Below the pieces are notes generated by a model. It did no database searches. It worked only from the letters and a program-made list of their open reading frames with translations, and was not told the DNA's origin. Of a stretch of DNA of 51,266 bases, positions 10,577 to 22,549 are shown in pieces. The first letter of the stretch is position 1; each line of letters begins with the position of its first letter. This DNA is from Octopus bimaculoides (Eukaryota), in assembly GCF_001194135.2 (NCBI RefSeq), contig NC_068982.1, forward strand, positions 158,252,516-158,303,781, in the 5' to 3' direction. The position numbers and the translations under genes were made by a program.

Positions 10577-11304
10577 CATATACAAAGTGCAAAAGTTACG
10601 AAAAACAAACAACAAATGGCTGATATTATTTTGATGCTGAGAAAATCGGTAAAGGGAGGAAATATCTTTAACGTTACGAGTATTCACTCTTTCCCCGAAG
10701 TTTAGCTGATGAGGTGAAGTTGAGCTTCGAAAGGAACGCTGCAGGGCTCTAGAAGAAGGAGGTAGTAAAGAAGGAACACACACATACATACATAATAAAA
10801 TAATATATTACAGCNNNNNNNNNNNNNNNNNNNNNNNNNNNNNNNNNNNNNNNNNNNNNNNNNNNNNNNNNNNNNNNNNNNNNNNNNNNNNNNNNNNNNN
10901 NNNNNNNNNNNNNNNNNNNNNNNNNNNNNNNNNNNNNNNNNNNNNNNNNNNNNNNNNNNNNNNNNNNNNNNNNNNNNNNNNNNNNNNNNNNNNNNNNNNN
11001 NNNNNNNNNNNNNNNNNNNNNNNNNNNNNNNNNNNNNNNNNNNNNNNNNNNNNNNNNNNNNNNNNNNNNNNNNNNNNNNNNNNNNNNNNNNNNTGAAGTG
11101 AATCAAACAATTTTTGTGTGTTTGTAAATGGCTTATAAGCACCTTCCACTCTGCAGTATAATATATGAAATATATGATATATGTGGCCCGTTAGCAATTT
11201 AAGCCTAAAGGTAAATTAAGAAACAAGAGTACAAAGTAGTGGCTAGAAAAAGGAGTCAAAACACAACTCACGGCAGTTTGAGTTTTTTTTTTAACTTTTA
11301 TTTC

Positions 11305-11495
11305 TAGCAATGCTGGTACTACTTTGTACCCGCTGCAATTTACAAGTTTTTTTCATTCTCTCTCTGTCTATTTTCTCTTATTCCTTTCTGTTGAAGAGCG
11401 TAGGCTCGAAACGTAAAAGACTTCTTCATTTTCCGGAGCGTCAAACTAATGCACTTGCTTGTTGTTCACACACCTATCTTTGTTTTTTGTTTCTA
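11305..11495 (+). mobile_element. Dispersed repeat, probably a Penelope-like terminal repeat fragment
   Basis: gaagagcgtaggctcgaaacgtaaaagac...gagcgtcaaactaat...ttgttgtt is repeated at 44820-45005. The class assignment rests on my recognition of the motif only. Confidence 0.45.
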
Positions 11496-12233
11496 TAAAT
11501 TACAATTATGTGTGTGTGTGTGTGTGTGGCGCGCGCGCGTGTTAATGATAAAAATAATGTTAGTCACAAGCATGAGGTATATTTTCTTTACGTTATCTAT
11601 ATATAAACACGGAAAGTCTTCATTGCGTTTCAGTCTTTGTCTGGCGCTTATGAATTTTTGAGCCTCATCTGTAGAGAATCAAGTATTCTAAAGCGCTAAA
11701 CAATTTCTTGAATGCAATGACATCAATATATTTTATTTCACTTCCTTTAGTTGCATTTCTTTTGGAAATTCAAGGAGCTCCAGCATATAAATATTCTAAG
11801 GAACACATCCTTTATTCTCTCTAACTAACCTGGTTATTATTAATGTAGAATTTCATGCACTGCCAAAAATATTTACTCCTACATGGATAAGCAAAAATCG
11901 ACGATTTATTATAAAAATGAAACCCCTAGCTAACAAATAATTTCGACGAATTGCGAAATAAGGAACACTAGCATAGAAGCACAGATGTTTCGGATACAAA
12001 TACACATACACACAGGTATATATTCACTTACTAGTTGGACATGCAATATGCCATTGACCTCTGTGTGTGTAGGTACACGTTCAGGCATGCTTGTGTATGT
12101 GTTGTTGTTTTTGTGTCTTTTTAAGTCCCACATAACCAATTCGATATTTACAGCCATGTGCATATCTTTTTTATATTGTGCTATATGGCCACATTAAGTA
12201 CTGAAAATATTTATGACCTGTCTGGAACCAGAG

Positions 12234-12435
12234 TGCAACTAACCATTCCTTACCTTTTAATCTTACACCTTCTTTCTTCTACCCACACTCCTCTCAGCTC
12301 TAATTATCCATTTGATTCCCATTAGCATTTCTGCCTGCCAATCCCACTGAGCTAGTCTATTGCTTAAACATTTTCTAAATGTTACTGAAGTTTCTGATTT
12401 CATACTCCTTGCTTTAGTGTTTAAAAACCATAGCC
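12234..12435 (-). pseudogene. Degenerate CR1/L2-type apurinic endonuclease N-terminal fragment
   Basis: Minus-strand pieces LWFLNTKARSMKS and ERSVGRR..EGV..KEWL resemble CR1 LKCLYTNARSM and RDRQGRRGGGVALYV. The region is frameshifted. Confidence 0.4.
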
Positions 12436-13590
12436 GTTTACTAAATTTCTTAAGACCGACACCCGCATTCCATATTCACCTGGAACATTTTCACTTCTCT
12501 ACATATTTTCATTGCTGAAGTCACTTTTCTCACTATCTTTTCATGAGTTTAAATGAGTGAACGGTTGGAATATGAGGAAACTGATTTAATATGTCTCATA
12601 TTTTACAGCTGTATTTTGTCTTAATCTTTCTAAAATGACTCGAATTATTTTAATGTTATTGTGCATCTCCATCTATTTATTCATGACTAAATTCGCTAAT
12701 CCAGTACCCGTTTTCTTGCGCCTCAGTAAAGATGCAAACACATTCCAGCAATTAGATCCCTCTCTATGGGACATATTTGAGGCGACTCAGCAGATCATAA
12801 ATTTAAATTTCCCGTCCGTGTACTCGATTTGTTTGGAGTGTGGGCATCTGTTTCTATCCCTATTCAGTGGTTTCACACAACAAAATGGGATTCAGACGCG
12901 ATGCAGACGATACGCTGCAGTTGTTCCACAGGTGACCGAGACATCTAGCCACCAGTAGACAAGGAATAAAAATAGATCAGGAAGCCAGAGTCACAGCTGT
13001 CAACAAAGAGAGTTGGCACGCGGAGGTTGAATGTCTAATGACTAGTGTAGAGACGTGGTTGAAATCATGGTGAGGAGGTCGTAGTGCTAGAATCAGGTCA
13101 GGAATATCATTACAGGCTGATGAGACTCGCTTCTAGTCTCACGTAAACCATTAATGCCTGTATTATGGTCGGGTGGTCGGTGACTAAAGCTGCTCCTATC
13201 CGCGTGTATAACTCGCTACTCTTGTAAGGAGGGTGTCTGCACACTTAGAAGAACTAGAAACACGACCCATGGAAGGCCGGAGGAACCGCTAGTAGACCGA
13301 CAGAATTCAGTTGGGGAAGACAACGCCAAACGACCCCAACAAATCTGCCAAGGGAATAATGTGAGAAAGTCAGAACGAAGTAATGCTATAGCTTCATCCG
13401 ATGGGATACCTCACATTTCATCGGGAGGAGGTGCATGGTAGTGTCATCAACATGCTGCAAAAGTATACTATAAATGACGACATTATATACTTATCTTTGC
13501 ATAAATACGGGAATATGTATATGTGTATATATGTATTCACACATACATACACATATATGCATATAAATGCGTATGTATGTGTATATAAAA

Positions 13591-13876
13591 CTGGCACTCT
13601 GTCGGTTATGTCGGCGCGGGTTCCAGTTTATCCAATCAACGGTGCAGCCTGCTTGTGAAATTTACATGCAAGTGGCTGAGTACTCCACACAAACTCGTAC
13701 CTTTAACGCAGGCAGACAAGGCTGGTCCAGTGAAATACAGTAGTAGGCCTTTTTCCCAGCTAAGCGGACTGAAGTAGTGTCAAATAAAGTAACTTGCTCA
13801 AGGACATAACAAGCCGCTGGGAATCGAACTCATAAATTTACGAATGTGAACCTAACCACTAAACCACGTGCTTTCA
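13591..13876 (-). mobile_element. tRNA-derived SINE with a CORE-like segment
   Basis: cttgctcaaggac (reverse complement of a gtccttgagcaag CORE-like motif), gggaatcgaactc B-box and cctaaccactaaaccacgtg A-box on the minus strand. Confidence 0.75.
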
Positions 13877-15484
13877 TTAAGTGTATGTATGTGTATGTGT
13901 GTGTGCGTGTGTGTGCATATGTGTGTATCCGTGTGTCTGTGTTCGTTGGTACATTTTTGTATGTGCTTAGATCTGTGAATCTGTGTCTGTCTTTGTGTGA
14001 GTTCCTGTAAATGCGTGTTCTGTGTTTGCGTATTGATGTGCAGCTGAGTATGCTTTAACGAATGATACGCACACATACACACAGAAAAAAAATCACACAC
14101 ACATATATTCCATAAATACTGTTTCATATGAGCGACGAAAAGATATTTGAATTGAATTTCTGTATTTCCCTTATAGCAATTAAACCAACCAATTTCTGGA
14201 TCGATATTCAACTCTGGAATATTACAAGTTCCAATCTTTTGCGATCTCTATAAGATGGATCACATGATGATTGTCTTCACGGTTACACAAAGAAATTTAA
14301 CCATTATCTATGCCATCAGAGAGTAGTTTATCGGCAAGGCTCCAACATTCTAAAAGCGAAGGTCACTCCAACCGGCATTCACTATTGATGTTTCTGTATT
14401 GTTCAGTCAAACCATTTGTAACGGAAACTACTGGATATTATCCAGGGAAAATGCATTTTCTATAGAAAATCGACAACTATATTCAAATATATACGTACAG
14501 TGCGCATTATGCATATATACAAATGCACTAATTGGCATACATGCACGTACATACACATATATATAAGCACACACGTACCTACGTATCCACAACCACATCG
14601 AATATATTCATGTACTCCGATGTGAATCTATACGTACATGTTATGCGCATGTCTGATTTCATATATGTTGTACGTGTGATATTGCTTCAACAAGTGTAGG
14701 TTGAAAGATGTTAATGTGTGTATATATTAAAGCGCTCCCACTTGTGCATGTCTGTTTATATGAACGTATAAACGTATACACGGTTTTGTGATTAAGGGTG
14801 CGTGTGCTTGCGTCAGTTTATAAGTGCATAGTGTGTATGTGCGTGTGTGCGTGTTTGTGTGTGCAAGGGAGAGAGAGAGAGAACGGGGAGAGAGGGAGAG
14901 AGAGTGAGATTGCATTTGTCACAATGGGAATGATCGTATCATTATTAAGGAAACTCTTCTTTAGAATTTCGATAAAAATTATTGCGTAGTTCTGAATATA
15001 AAAGATGCATTAACGTAAGGTGATTTGCGAGGACATGATATTTTCGTAGACTCCCTTGCAATAGAGTTGGAACCCTATAGTTCCCACACCTTCCAGCACC
15101 TTCCCTAAGATAATCAGTGCCGCCACTTCATGAAGTGAATTGTTATTGGCCTGTGGAGCTGTAGATGGTGGGCAAATGTAGATTCAGATTATTTAATCGC
15201 TAGAATTTGTTTCTTGTTTATTATCGAAACTTGATAGTTGATCGAATTTATTTCGTGTACACTGAGCATTGCTTATTTTAACAATGTGCTGTACTACGAG
15301 TAAATCTTCCATCATTAATCATGTTTTTAATAACTACAGGAAAGTCGTATTTTAAATTCAAATACACACAGACACACACATACACTCTCTGGATATCTGT
15401 CTGCCACACGCAGAGACGCATACACATGTGCATCTTCGTCTGTATTTGAATATATACATAAGTGAGTATATGTGTAACTAGACA

Positions 15485-16085
15485 GCTAAAATGTTATTCA
15501 GGCACAAACGGCCAAAGACAAAGCAGAAAACACGAACACTGCGACTGATTTTGCTGCCCCAATCAAAACTTAATGGAGAAAGACTCCTGGTCATACTCTT
15601 TGTTCTTGATGTAGTAGACAAGAAGCTGGGGCTTCTATCACTGTACGTAAGACCAAAATGCGTTTTTCAACTAGCTTCAGAGTAGGACAGCATTAACCAG
15701 CTACCATTAATGTGAACAAATTTGGCTCAATGTGTCAATTCCCGACAACAGCATGCACCTATTAAATAATTTGGTATCATTTGAAACGTGCAATAAAAAT
15801 CTTTGAGCACGAAGCTTTAAAACCAAGAGATTCAAATCGATGCCCAGTTTCTAACATATGAGACAAATATTATAACCACAGCGCTGTACGGATCAGAAAG
15901 GGAGGTGTTCAGAAAACTGGGTTTCCGGAGTGCTTTTACCAGCATTGCCTTTGTGGTATTCTCAATATCAGATTGAAGGATTACAGAAACCAGCATCGAG
16001 GCAACAAAAATGTTGATCGATGACTTCAAATGCCACATAGAAATACTATTCTGCAACCAGATTTCTACTCATTGTTGGTGAACCA
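15485..16085 (+). mobile_element. RTE-clade LINE RT and C-terminal fragment (degenerate)
   Basis: Plus-strand pieces GASITVRKTKM, ITTALYGSE, FYQHCLCGILNI and ITETSIEA match the RTE consensus GLxxSLKKTEV, TTLLYGSE, FHQRCLRTILNI and ITSIEA. Confidence 0.65.
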
Positions 16086-16656
16086 ATACAGGCACGTGCG
16101 CACACAAACCAGCAAAAAAACATGCATACATACATACATACATACATCAGTGTTTATAATCTGTCAAATGTAATAAAGCCAAAATTTCGAATTCACAGAT
16201 TATTCTATGTCAAAATACGATACTCTACTTAAAGTTATTGAGTGTTACTTCAATTAATTTTTGATAATGTTTCTTTATATATATATATATATATATACAT
16301 ACACACACGGTTTTACGTATGCGTTTATACTAATAGTATTGTGTGCGTATATGCAGGTGGCTGTCTCACAGAAAGTTATAAACATCGGTGAGACTTCCAA
16401 TAAGCCAATATTTCATTCAAATAATCTATGATATCTGATCCGACACGTTTTTAAAATGTTTTCAATTCTGGTTGCTGCAAATTATTGTGAAAGACAATTG
16501 TCTCATTAGAAGCATGTAATAAAGGAAAAAAGTTGTGAGAAAATGCTATAGCATAATATAAAAAAATTAGTCATACAAATTATATCATAGATATTTATAA
16601 TTCTGTAATTATTTGATAATGCTAAACATATTTTAATAATGCCTTATATTACTAAC

Positions 16657-16818
16657 CTCGATTGAAAGTGGAGCCAAAAAGGCGAACAATTGTGGGGGCT
16701 GTTTTTCGGGTTTCTTAAACAGAATGGTGATTCCGACATTAAGGAAAGGTTTGGTAAAGTCAATTACTTTCTCTCTCAGGTAAGTGATCGACATGCCTCC
16801 CACGGCCAAATCAGCATT
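16657..16818 (-). CDS. Next internal coding exon (162 nt, phase 0/0) of the same ionotropic glutamate receptor; end of S1 and pre-M1
   Basis: The minus strand reads ...ttttatttatcttttcag|AATGCTGAT...ATCGAG|gttagt. Translation is NADLAVGGMSITYLREKVIDFTKPFLNVGITILFKKPEKQPPQLFAFLAPLSIE. It joins the previous exon in frame as ELIEK|NADLAV, collinear with GluK2 [30 protein letters not shown]...FSFLNPLS. Confidence 0.96.
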
Positions 16819-16877
16819 CTGAAAAGATAAATAAAACGGATTAAATTTAAGCAAACATCGATTGACCCATTCATTTA

Positions 16878-16959
<82 letters not shown>

Positions 16960-16992
16960 GCTAGCTAGCTAGCTAACTAGCTGTCTGTCTGT
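16878..16992. repeat. (TATC)20 followed by short (CTAG)n and (CTGT)n tracts
   Basis: Seen directly; it begins 59 nt from the iGluR splice acceptor. Confidence 0.95.
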
Positions 16993-17796
16993 CTCTCTGT
17001 ATGCGCGCGCGTGTGTATGTTAACTCGGAAATCCAGTTGTGCTAACAAATTATCAACCGACGCAGTGAATTTCTCTCAGATGAATGTGCATGAGCAAATA
17101 CTTATTTTAGTGCGCATAAATTCGTTGTATGCATGAACATAGTACTCTTTTTCTTTCTGTCCACTCTCTCTTTCTCTCTTTCTTCATACACACGCGCGCG
17201 CATATACTCATGATAGCTGCCCATTCGTTATCAAATACAACTAACTTTCTGGCTAGAAATCCCGATGCAATCAAATGTCTTGCCATTTACATTATGAAAC
17301 AGACATACATCACATTAAGATCCCATCCTCTTCTATATACCGTTTCAAGGTTTCAAATTCTATAAAATAATCATCCATTATTACTTGGATAAGGAGTTCT
17401 TTATGGCAATATACAATTATACATACATTCACTTTTTTAAACAAACAGACACTCAGGCGCACACGCGTAAACGCACATAAATTAAGAAAAACGGTGGATG
17501 TTTGGCAAAATTATTTTCATACAATAAAAGAGATACCATACTAAAATAATTAGTAAGCGTATTGGGCTATTTTTTTATAACCGATGAGTGTATAGATTAC
17601 ATGTCAACTAAATTGTGCTGTCATTTACTGCTTATAAGCAATGGGGTGTATGTTAGAATAATAAAAACCGATCATCTAAATACAGTTTTGAGTTATCATA
17701 GTTCGAAGACATTAGACGAAATGGGAGTAACAAAATTAGCACTAGGGCATAAAGTGTGACGCACAGAAGAGGCCAGAGTAAAGTTGTTGTCAATTG

Positions 17797-18004
17797 CTTT
17801 CAAGTTTTGGTACAAAGCCAGACATTTCGTGGGAGAGAGAGGTGGGGTTACATCGACCACAGTGCTCAACTGTTACATATTTTAATCGACCCCGAAAGGA
17901 TGAAAGGCAAATTCAACTTCGGTGGAATTTGAACTCAGAACAAAAAGAGGAATGAAATGGTGCTAAACATTTTGTTGTGCTAACGATTCTGCCAATTCCT
18001 TGCC
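17797..18004 (-). mobile_element. SINE family A
   Basis: atcgaccccgaaaggatgaaaggcaaattcaacttcggtggaatttgaactcagaac...gctaacgattctgcca. Confidence 0.85.
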
Positions 18005-19595
18005 ATAATGTATGATAATATTGATAAAGATCAAGAAATCATGTCTGTGTACCAGCGTTGTGTCAACGTCGTGTGTTAATTTAGGAGTAGGTTTTGATAT
18101 ATATTTATAAATATATATGTGTGTGTATGTGTGCATGTGCCTGTGTGTGCGTGTTTGTGTATGTGTGTGTGTATGTTTGTGTGAGTGATAATATGAAATA
18201 TTGGAAGTGTAAAAGTTCGATTTATATAAAATGACTTTATAATAGTCCCGGTGAGTATTAATAAAAACTAAAACCAAAACTCTTATAAGAATCATAATGT
18301 TGAGCAATCTTAGTATAACGTCTGAATATGTAGTTTTTCATTGTATAAGAAAATTAATTCAATCAACTGAATATAAAACATGTTTTGTATATTGTTACGA
18401 AAACGTAAAAACAATTCGAAATATTCTGTATTTTGAAAAATATTTAATTGAGCCAAACTATGTAATGGAACATATTAAAGTAAAGAACAATTTATACCAT
18501 AATCAAAACACAAGATATGTCTTATTCCATATGAGGCGATGAATCAAAAGAAAAGTCTAGAAAATAAATAATTTGGTGAGAAGAAATGCAAAGGGAACGT
18601 ACTCGAGCTTATCTAGTTGACCACCCCTAATTCGAATAAAATTCAAATTAAAATAAACAAATCATTTTAGATGAATTCAAAACAACCTTCGTAATGCAGA
18701 ATTTCTGTCCGGTATATTCTTTCAGAATAAATTCATTTCATCAGCATTTTTTCAAGTAAACGAATATCAGAGCTTCAAATATTTTAACTAAATGTGCCAG
18801 AAGTTCTTGGGCAGTGTGTCGTCGCGTGATCCACTTTCACTATGCAGTTTGATATTACATTGAAAGCATTACTTAAACATTGTTGCAAGTTAACAGTTGC
18901 TGCCAGAATGCCCAGGACCATATAGATTATGTGCTTGACTTCTAATGTTGATTTCATTAAAATTCTTATTGTTTTTTTGTTGTACTGCAACGTTATCTAT
19001 AGACAATCGCTTTAATGTTTTATCTTCCATTCAAAAGCAAAGAAATGCTACCATATTTTCCATATTGTTAATACGTATCTATGCATGCTTTGAACTGACT
19101 GAATATCCCGCTATTATTTTGAATCCCAGTGTTCTACATCTCTTTTATTTGTTATAAACAGTTGATCCGTTATTTATATTAAATGAACCAGCAGTTTCTA
19201 TCGAACGTATAGCATTTTGAAGTTGATATTTAACAGAAAAGACAGCGGAGTTAAAAACATTATGTATATATATATATATATATNNNNNNNNNNNNNNNNN
19301 NNNNNNNNNNNNNNNNNNNNNNNNNNNNNNNNNNNNNNNNNNNNNNNNNNNNNNNNNNNNNNNNNNNNNNNNNNNNNNNNNNNNNNNNNNNNNNNNNNNN
19401 NNNNNNNNNNNNNNNNNNNNNNNNNNNNNNNNNNNNNNNNNNNNNNNNNNNNNNNNNNNNNNNNNNNNNNNNNNNNNNNNNNNNNNNNNNNNNNNNNNNN
19501 NNNNNNNNNNNNNNNNNNNNNNNNNNNNNNNNNNNNNNNNNNNNNNNNNNNNNNNNNNNNNNNNNNNNNNNNNNNNNNNNNNNNNNNNNNNNNNN

Positions 19596-19627
<32 letters not shown>

Positions 19628-19639
19628 CAATTAGTTAGT

Positions 19640-20690
19640 TGTCATAATAAAACTCCGTAATGCTGGTGTACCTCTATGATTTTTGTACTTTTACATATAT
19701 GCTTTTTGCTTTGGTTGTTGGCCCATCTGGTGCGTGAATGAGTTTAACACTGCGTCCCTCAATTGTACCTCATGGCGAGCCGTTGGTTCATCCATTTTGA
19801 AACCATCTCGTCCACGTTGTGTAGGTTTTTAATTTGTTTTGGCAAGGCTTTTGAAACCTTGGGTCTTGCAGTACCTTGTCCCGAATTTAGATAGGGCGGA
19901 TGGTACATTTGGTACAATGCAATAGGGTCCTGTTAAGTCATTTGTATAACACTCGATGACGAAATTAGGTACTAGCTCTTTCAGAATCTTTCAAATATAG
20001 ATTATTACATACCTCACGGGTCTTAAGCCTCTCCCTGTGGTTCATCTGCGGTAATGTTATAATATATGAAGTGTAGTGATGTTGGCCTGCTATGCAGTGA
20101 CCACAGATGTAAGTAGTAGTCCAAGCGGCTGAGAACACAGATCTTTCACAGTGTCAACATGATTGCTTGATCTCTTGTCGTGAAGGGCATTTGTATTCAT
20201 CCAGCAAGTTTTCTGCACTTTGTAGCCATGTAGGCAGTGTGCATATGAAGTGATGCATTATTACACATACTGATCTTTAAGTCCTTCTGTGATTCTGAGA
20301 TTTCAGTGACTTCAGTTCTTCTATATGCAGATTGTGGTGCATTTGTGAACTGATAGCGCAGTGCTTGAAATTTCCATCATTAATCTGATTGTTGCTTTCT
20401 TCAACATACTTGTATGTTGCATTTAGGTCCCACTGTAAGCTTGCGACATCGTCTTAGTTTTTATTGCCTGTGATAGTTTTGCATCATCGGCGAAGCTAGT
20501 TACAGTGGCTGTCTAAGTGAACATGAGCGTGTCTAAGAGAGCTATTATAAGCAGTTCACTGGGGGACGCCATTCAGAATTTGTTTTATCAGAGAAGACAC
20601 CATTTACTGCAACTGCCTCACTTCTATCTTCTAGGAAGTCATGCAGCCACTATCCCAGTTTACCAGATATATTTCTGTTACTTTGTTTGA
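19640..20690 (-). mobile_element. CR1-like LINE, 3' part of the RT ORF and 3' end (degenerate)
   Basis: The minus strand gives WLHDFLEDRSEAVAVNG, NGVPQ, FADDAKLSQAI, LQWDLNA, KDLKISM, TRDQAIMLTL, VLSRLDY and DEPT. Confidence 0.85.
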
Positions 20691-20764
20691 ATCGTTTCAC
20701 TCATTAGACTGCAGCAATGCTGAGGCACCTACTGGAAGAATTTTAGTCGAACGAATGAAGCTTA

Positions 20765-21035
20765 GTACTTATTTTTTAAGCCTGATACTACTTACCCTTT
20801 CGGTTCTTTTGTCGAACCGCTAGGTTACAGCTAGTGGGCGACAAACAAAGACACTCACAAACATGCAAGCACATACATACACACAGAGTTCCCCTCTACA
20901 AAATCCTCACAGAAAGATATGGCCGACACAAGTCTATAATAGAAGACGCTTGTGCAAGTTATCAAGCAGTGGAACTGATGTCGTAACCATGTAGTTGTGA
21001 TGTAAACTTCTTACACCACAGAAACGTCTGCGCCT
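20765..21035 (-). mobile_element. SINE family B (diverged)
   Basis: cttttgtcgaaccgctaggttac...ataatagaagacgcttg...cagtggaactga...cttcttacaccacag. Confidence 0.7.
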
Positions 21036-21610
21036 ATATTACTAGCTGGAGTAAAACAGCATTCCGTACTCTGGAAGTATCGAGAAATATGTAGCACCAA
21101 TGCAAAATAATATTTAGAAAAGTTTATGCCAATGGAGTTTAAGAAATCAATCAAGAGTAAGCGGTAAATAATAATTTTTGAAAAATATTAACCAATATAT
21201 AATGAAAGAAATTGCTAATGCTGAATAAGCAGAGATATATCATTTGATAAGCATTTTTGGTAGAGTGTTTAATAATTAAATGTGCATGAAAATAGATGGG
21301 CCAACGGGAAAATTAAGTTTCACTATATAAAGATAATTCTAGGTCATACTGTTTTTCATTAACAGAAAATTTTCGATTTAATAATACTTAAATTGAAAAA
21401 CACTTTTTATCGAAATACATTATCGAAATTAAGAATATAATACTGTAATTTTTAATTATGAATTACAGTTATTATATTCAGACTCTCCACTAAAAATGTA
21501 TATTATCTAAATAAATGAAATTAGTTTCGTTATATATTATATTAAGAAATTTAACACGAATTCTATATATTTTTCTAATACAAAATATTGATAAATATCA
21601 TTTTATATTA

Positions 21611-21815
21611 GTTTCAAATTTTGGCAGGATACCAGCAATATCAGGGGAGGGTTAAGTCGACTACACCAATCCCAGTACTCAACTAGTACTTATTTCATCT
21701 ACCCCGAAAGGATGAAAGACAAAGTTGACCTGGGCGGAAGTCGAACGTGAAGACAGACAAAATGCCGCTAAGAACTTGGCCTGGGGTGCTAATGGTTCTA
21801 CTAATGGTTCACCGT
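21611..21815 (-). mobile_element. SINE family A
   Basis: ccccgaaaggatgaaagacaaagttgacctgggcggaa...gacagacaaaatgccgctaag. Confidence 0.8.
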
Positions 21816-22330
21816 CTTAATGCCATTTTACATTAAAACCAAAAGCATTTATGTTCCCTTATGTAAGTATCTTTGTATTTATTCCACTTAAATCTTTTTA
21901 TAGACAACATAATGCTAATATTTTACAACATCAATATTCTAATATCAGTTTGTTTCACCTTTTTTAAACATGGCTAAGTAACATGATCATTTTTAGGGCT
22001 CCCATTTTTCATATATTTTTAACTTTTAAAATACTCATTTATGTAAATGAGTTTTCCCACTGACCCGTTTTAATATGCTTATCCTTATGTATATATATAA
22101 ATTTTGAATTTAGTTCACAGACCACTAGGGTTCCGCGGACCCCAGATGTAGCATGTTACCCTGGGTAAGCTCATAAACAGTAAACACACTCACTACTTAT
22201 TGCACAGTTCCTTATAGCTACTATATATACACACAGATAAGGAAATAATTTTTTTCTCAAACGCAGGATAATGCTAATAATATAGCATGAACAAGATAAA
22301 CTATACATATTTTGCAGAAAAATCTGTCGG

Positions 22331-22403
22331 CGACCACCATGAGACTCGAATTCAAATCCTTGTGATTATGCGTCCAGTGTTTTACCATTAAGCTAAGCTG
22401 ACC
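22331..22403 (-). other. tRNA-like unit, left arm of the palindrome
   Basis: The minus strand reads GGTCAGCTTAGCTTAATGGTAAAACACTGGACGCATAATCACAAGGATTTGAATTCGAGTCTCATGG, with A-box TAGCTTAATGG and B-box-like ATTCGAGTC. Confidence 0.6.
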
Positions 22404-22475
22404 CAACGACAAATTCTTTAGCACCTTATAAATCTCGTTTTATATATCCTAAATTTGCAGAAGAATGTGTCGTTA

Positions 22476-22549
22476 GGTCAGTTTAGCTCGATCGTAATGC
22501 ACTGGACGCGTAATCACAAGTATATGAGTTCGAGTGACATGGCTGACCA
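22476..22549 (+). other. tRNA-like unit (pseudo-tRNA or SINE-head-like), right arm of the palindrome
   Basis: A-box-like TAGCTCGATCG, B-box-like GTTCGAGTG and an acceptor-like stem GGTCAG...CTGACC. The anticodon stem does not pair. Confidence 0.6.

Noticed and set aside
12635-13400. 107-aa ORF and the following GC-richer tract
   Set aside because: No recognisable domain or splice structure. It is probably a decayed repeat that I cannot classify.
15832-16056. Minus-strand ORF with a hydrophobic stretch (IFVASMLVSVIL) and an AG acceptor, ~600 bp after the S1 exon; candidate M1 exon
   Set aside because: It lacks the VW start and the RFSPYEW and NSLWF motifs and ends in a stop. The opposite strand reads as an RTE LINE (LYGSE, FYQHCLCGILNI, TSIEA).
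12234-20690. CR1 endonuclease piece (12234-12435) and CR1 RT piece (19640-20690) as one disrupted element
   Set aside because: On the minus strand the RT piece lies upstream of the EN piece, which is the wrong order, so these are independent insertions.
22331-22549. Two functional tRNA genes (apparent anticodons CAT and CGT)
   Set aside because: The anticodon stems cannot pair, each copy has a damaged T-arm or B-box, and the two copies disagree at the anticodon. They are reported as tRNA-like only.
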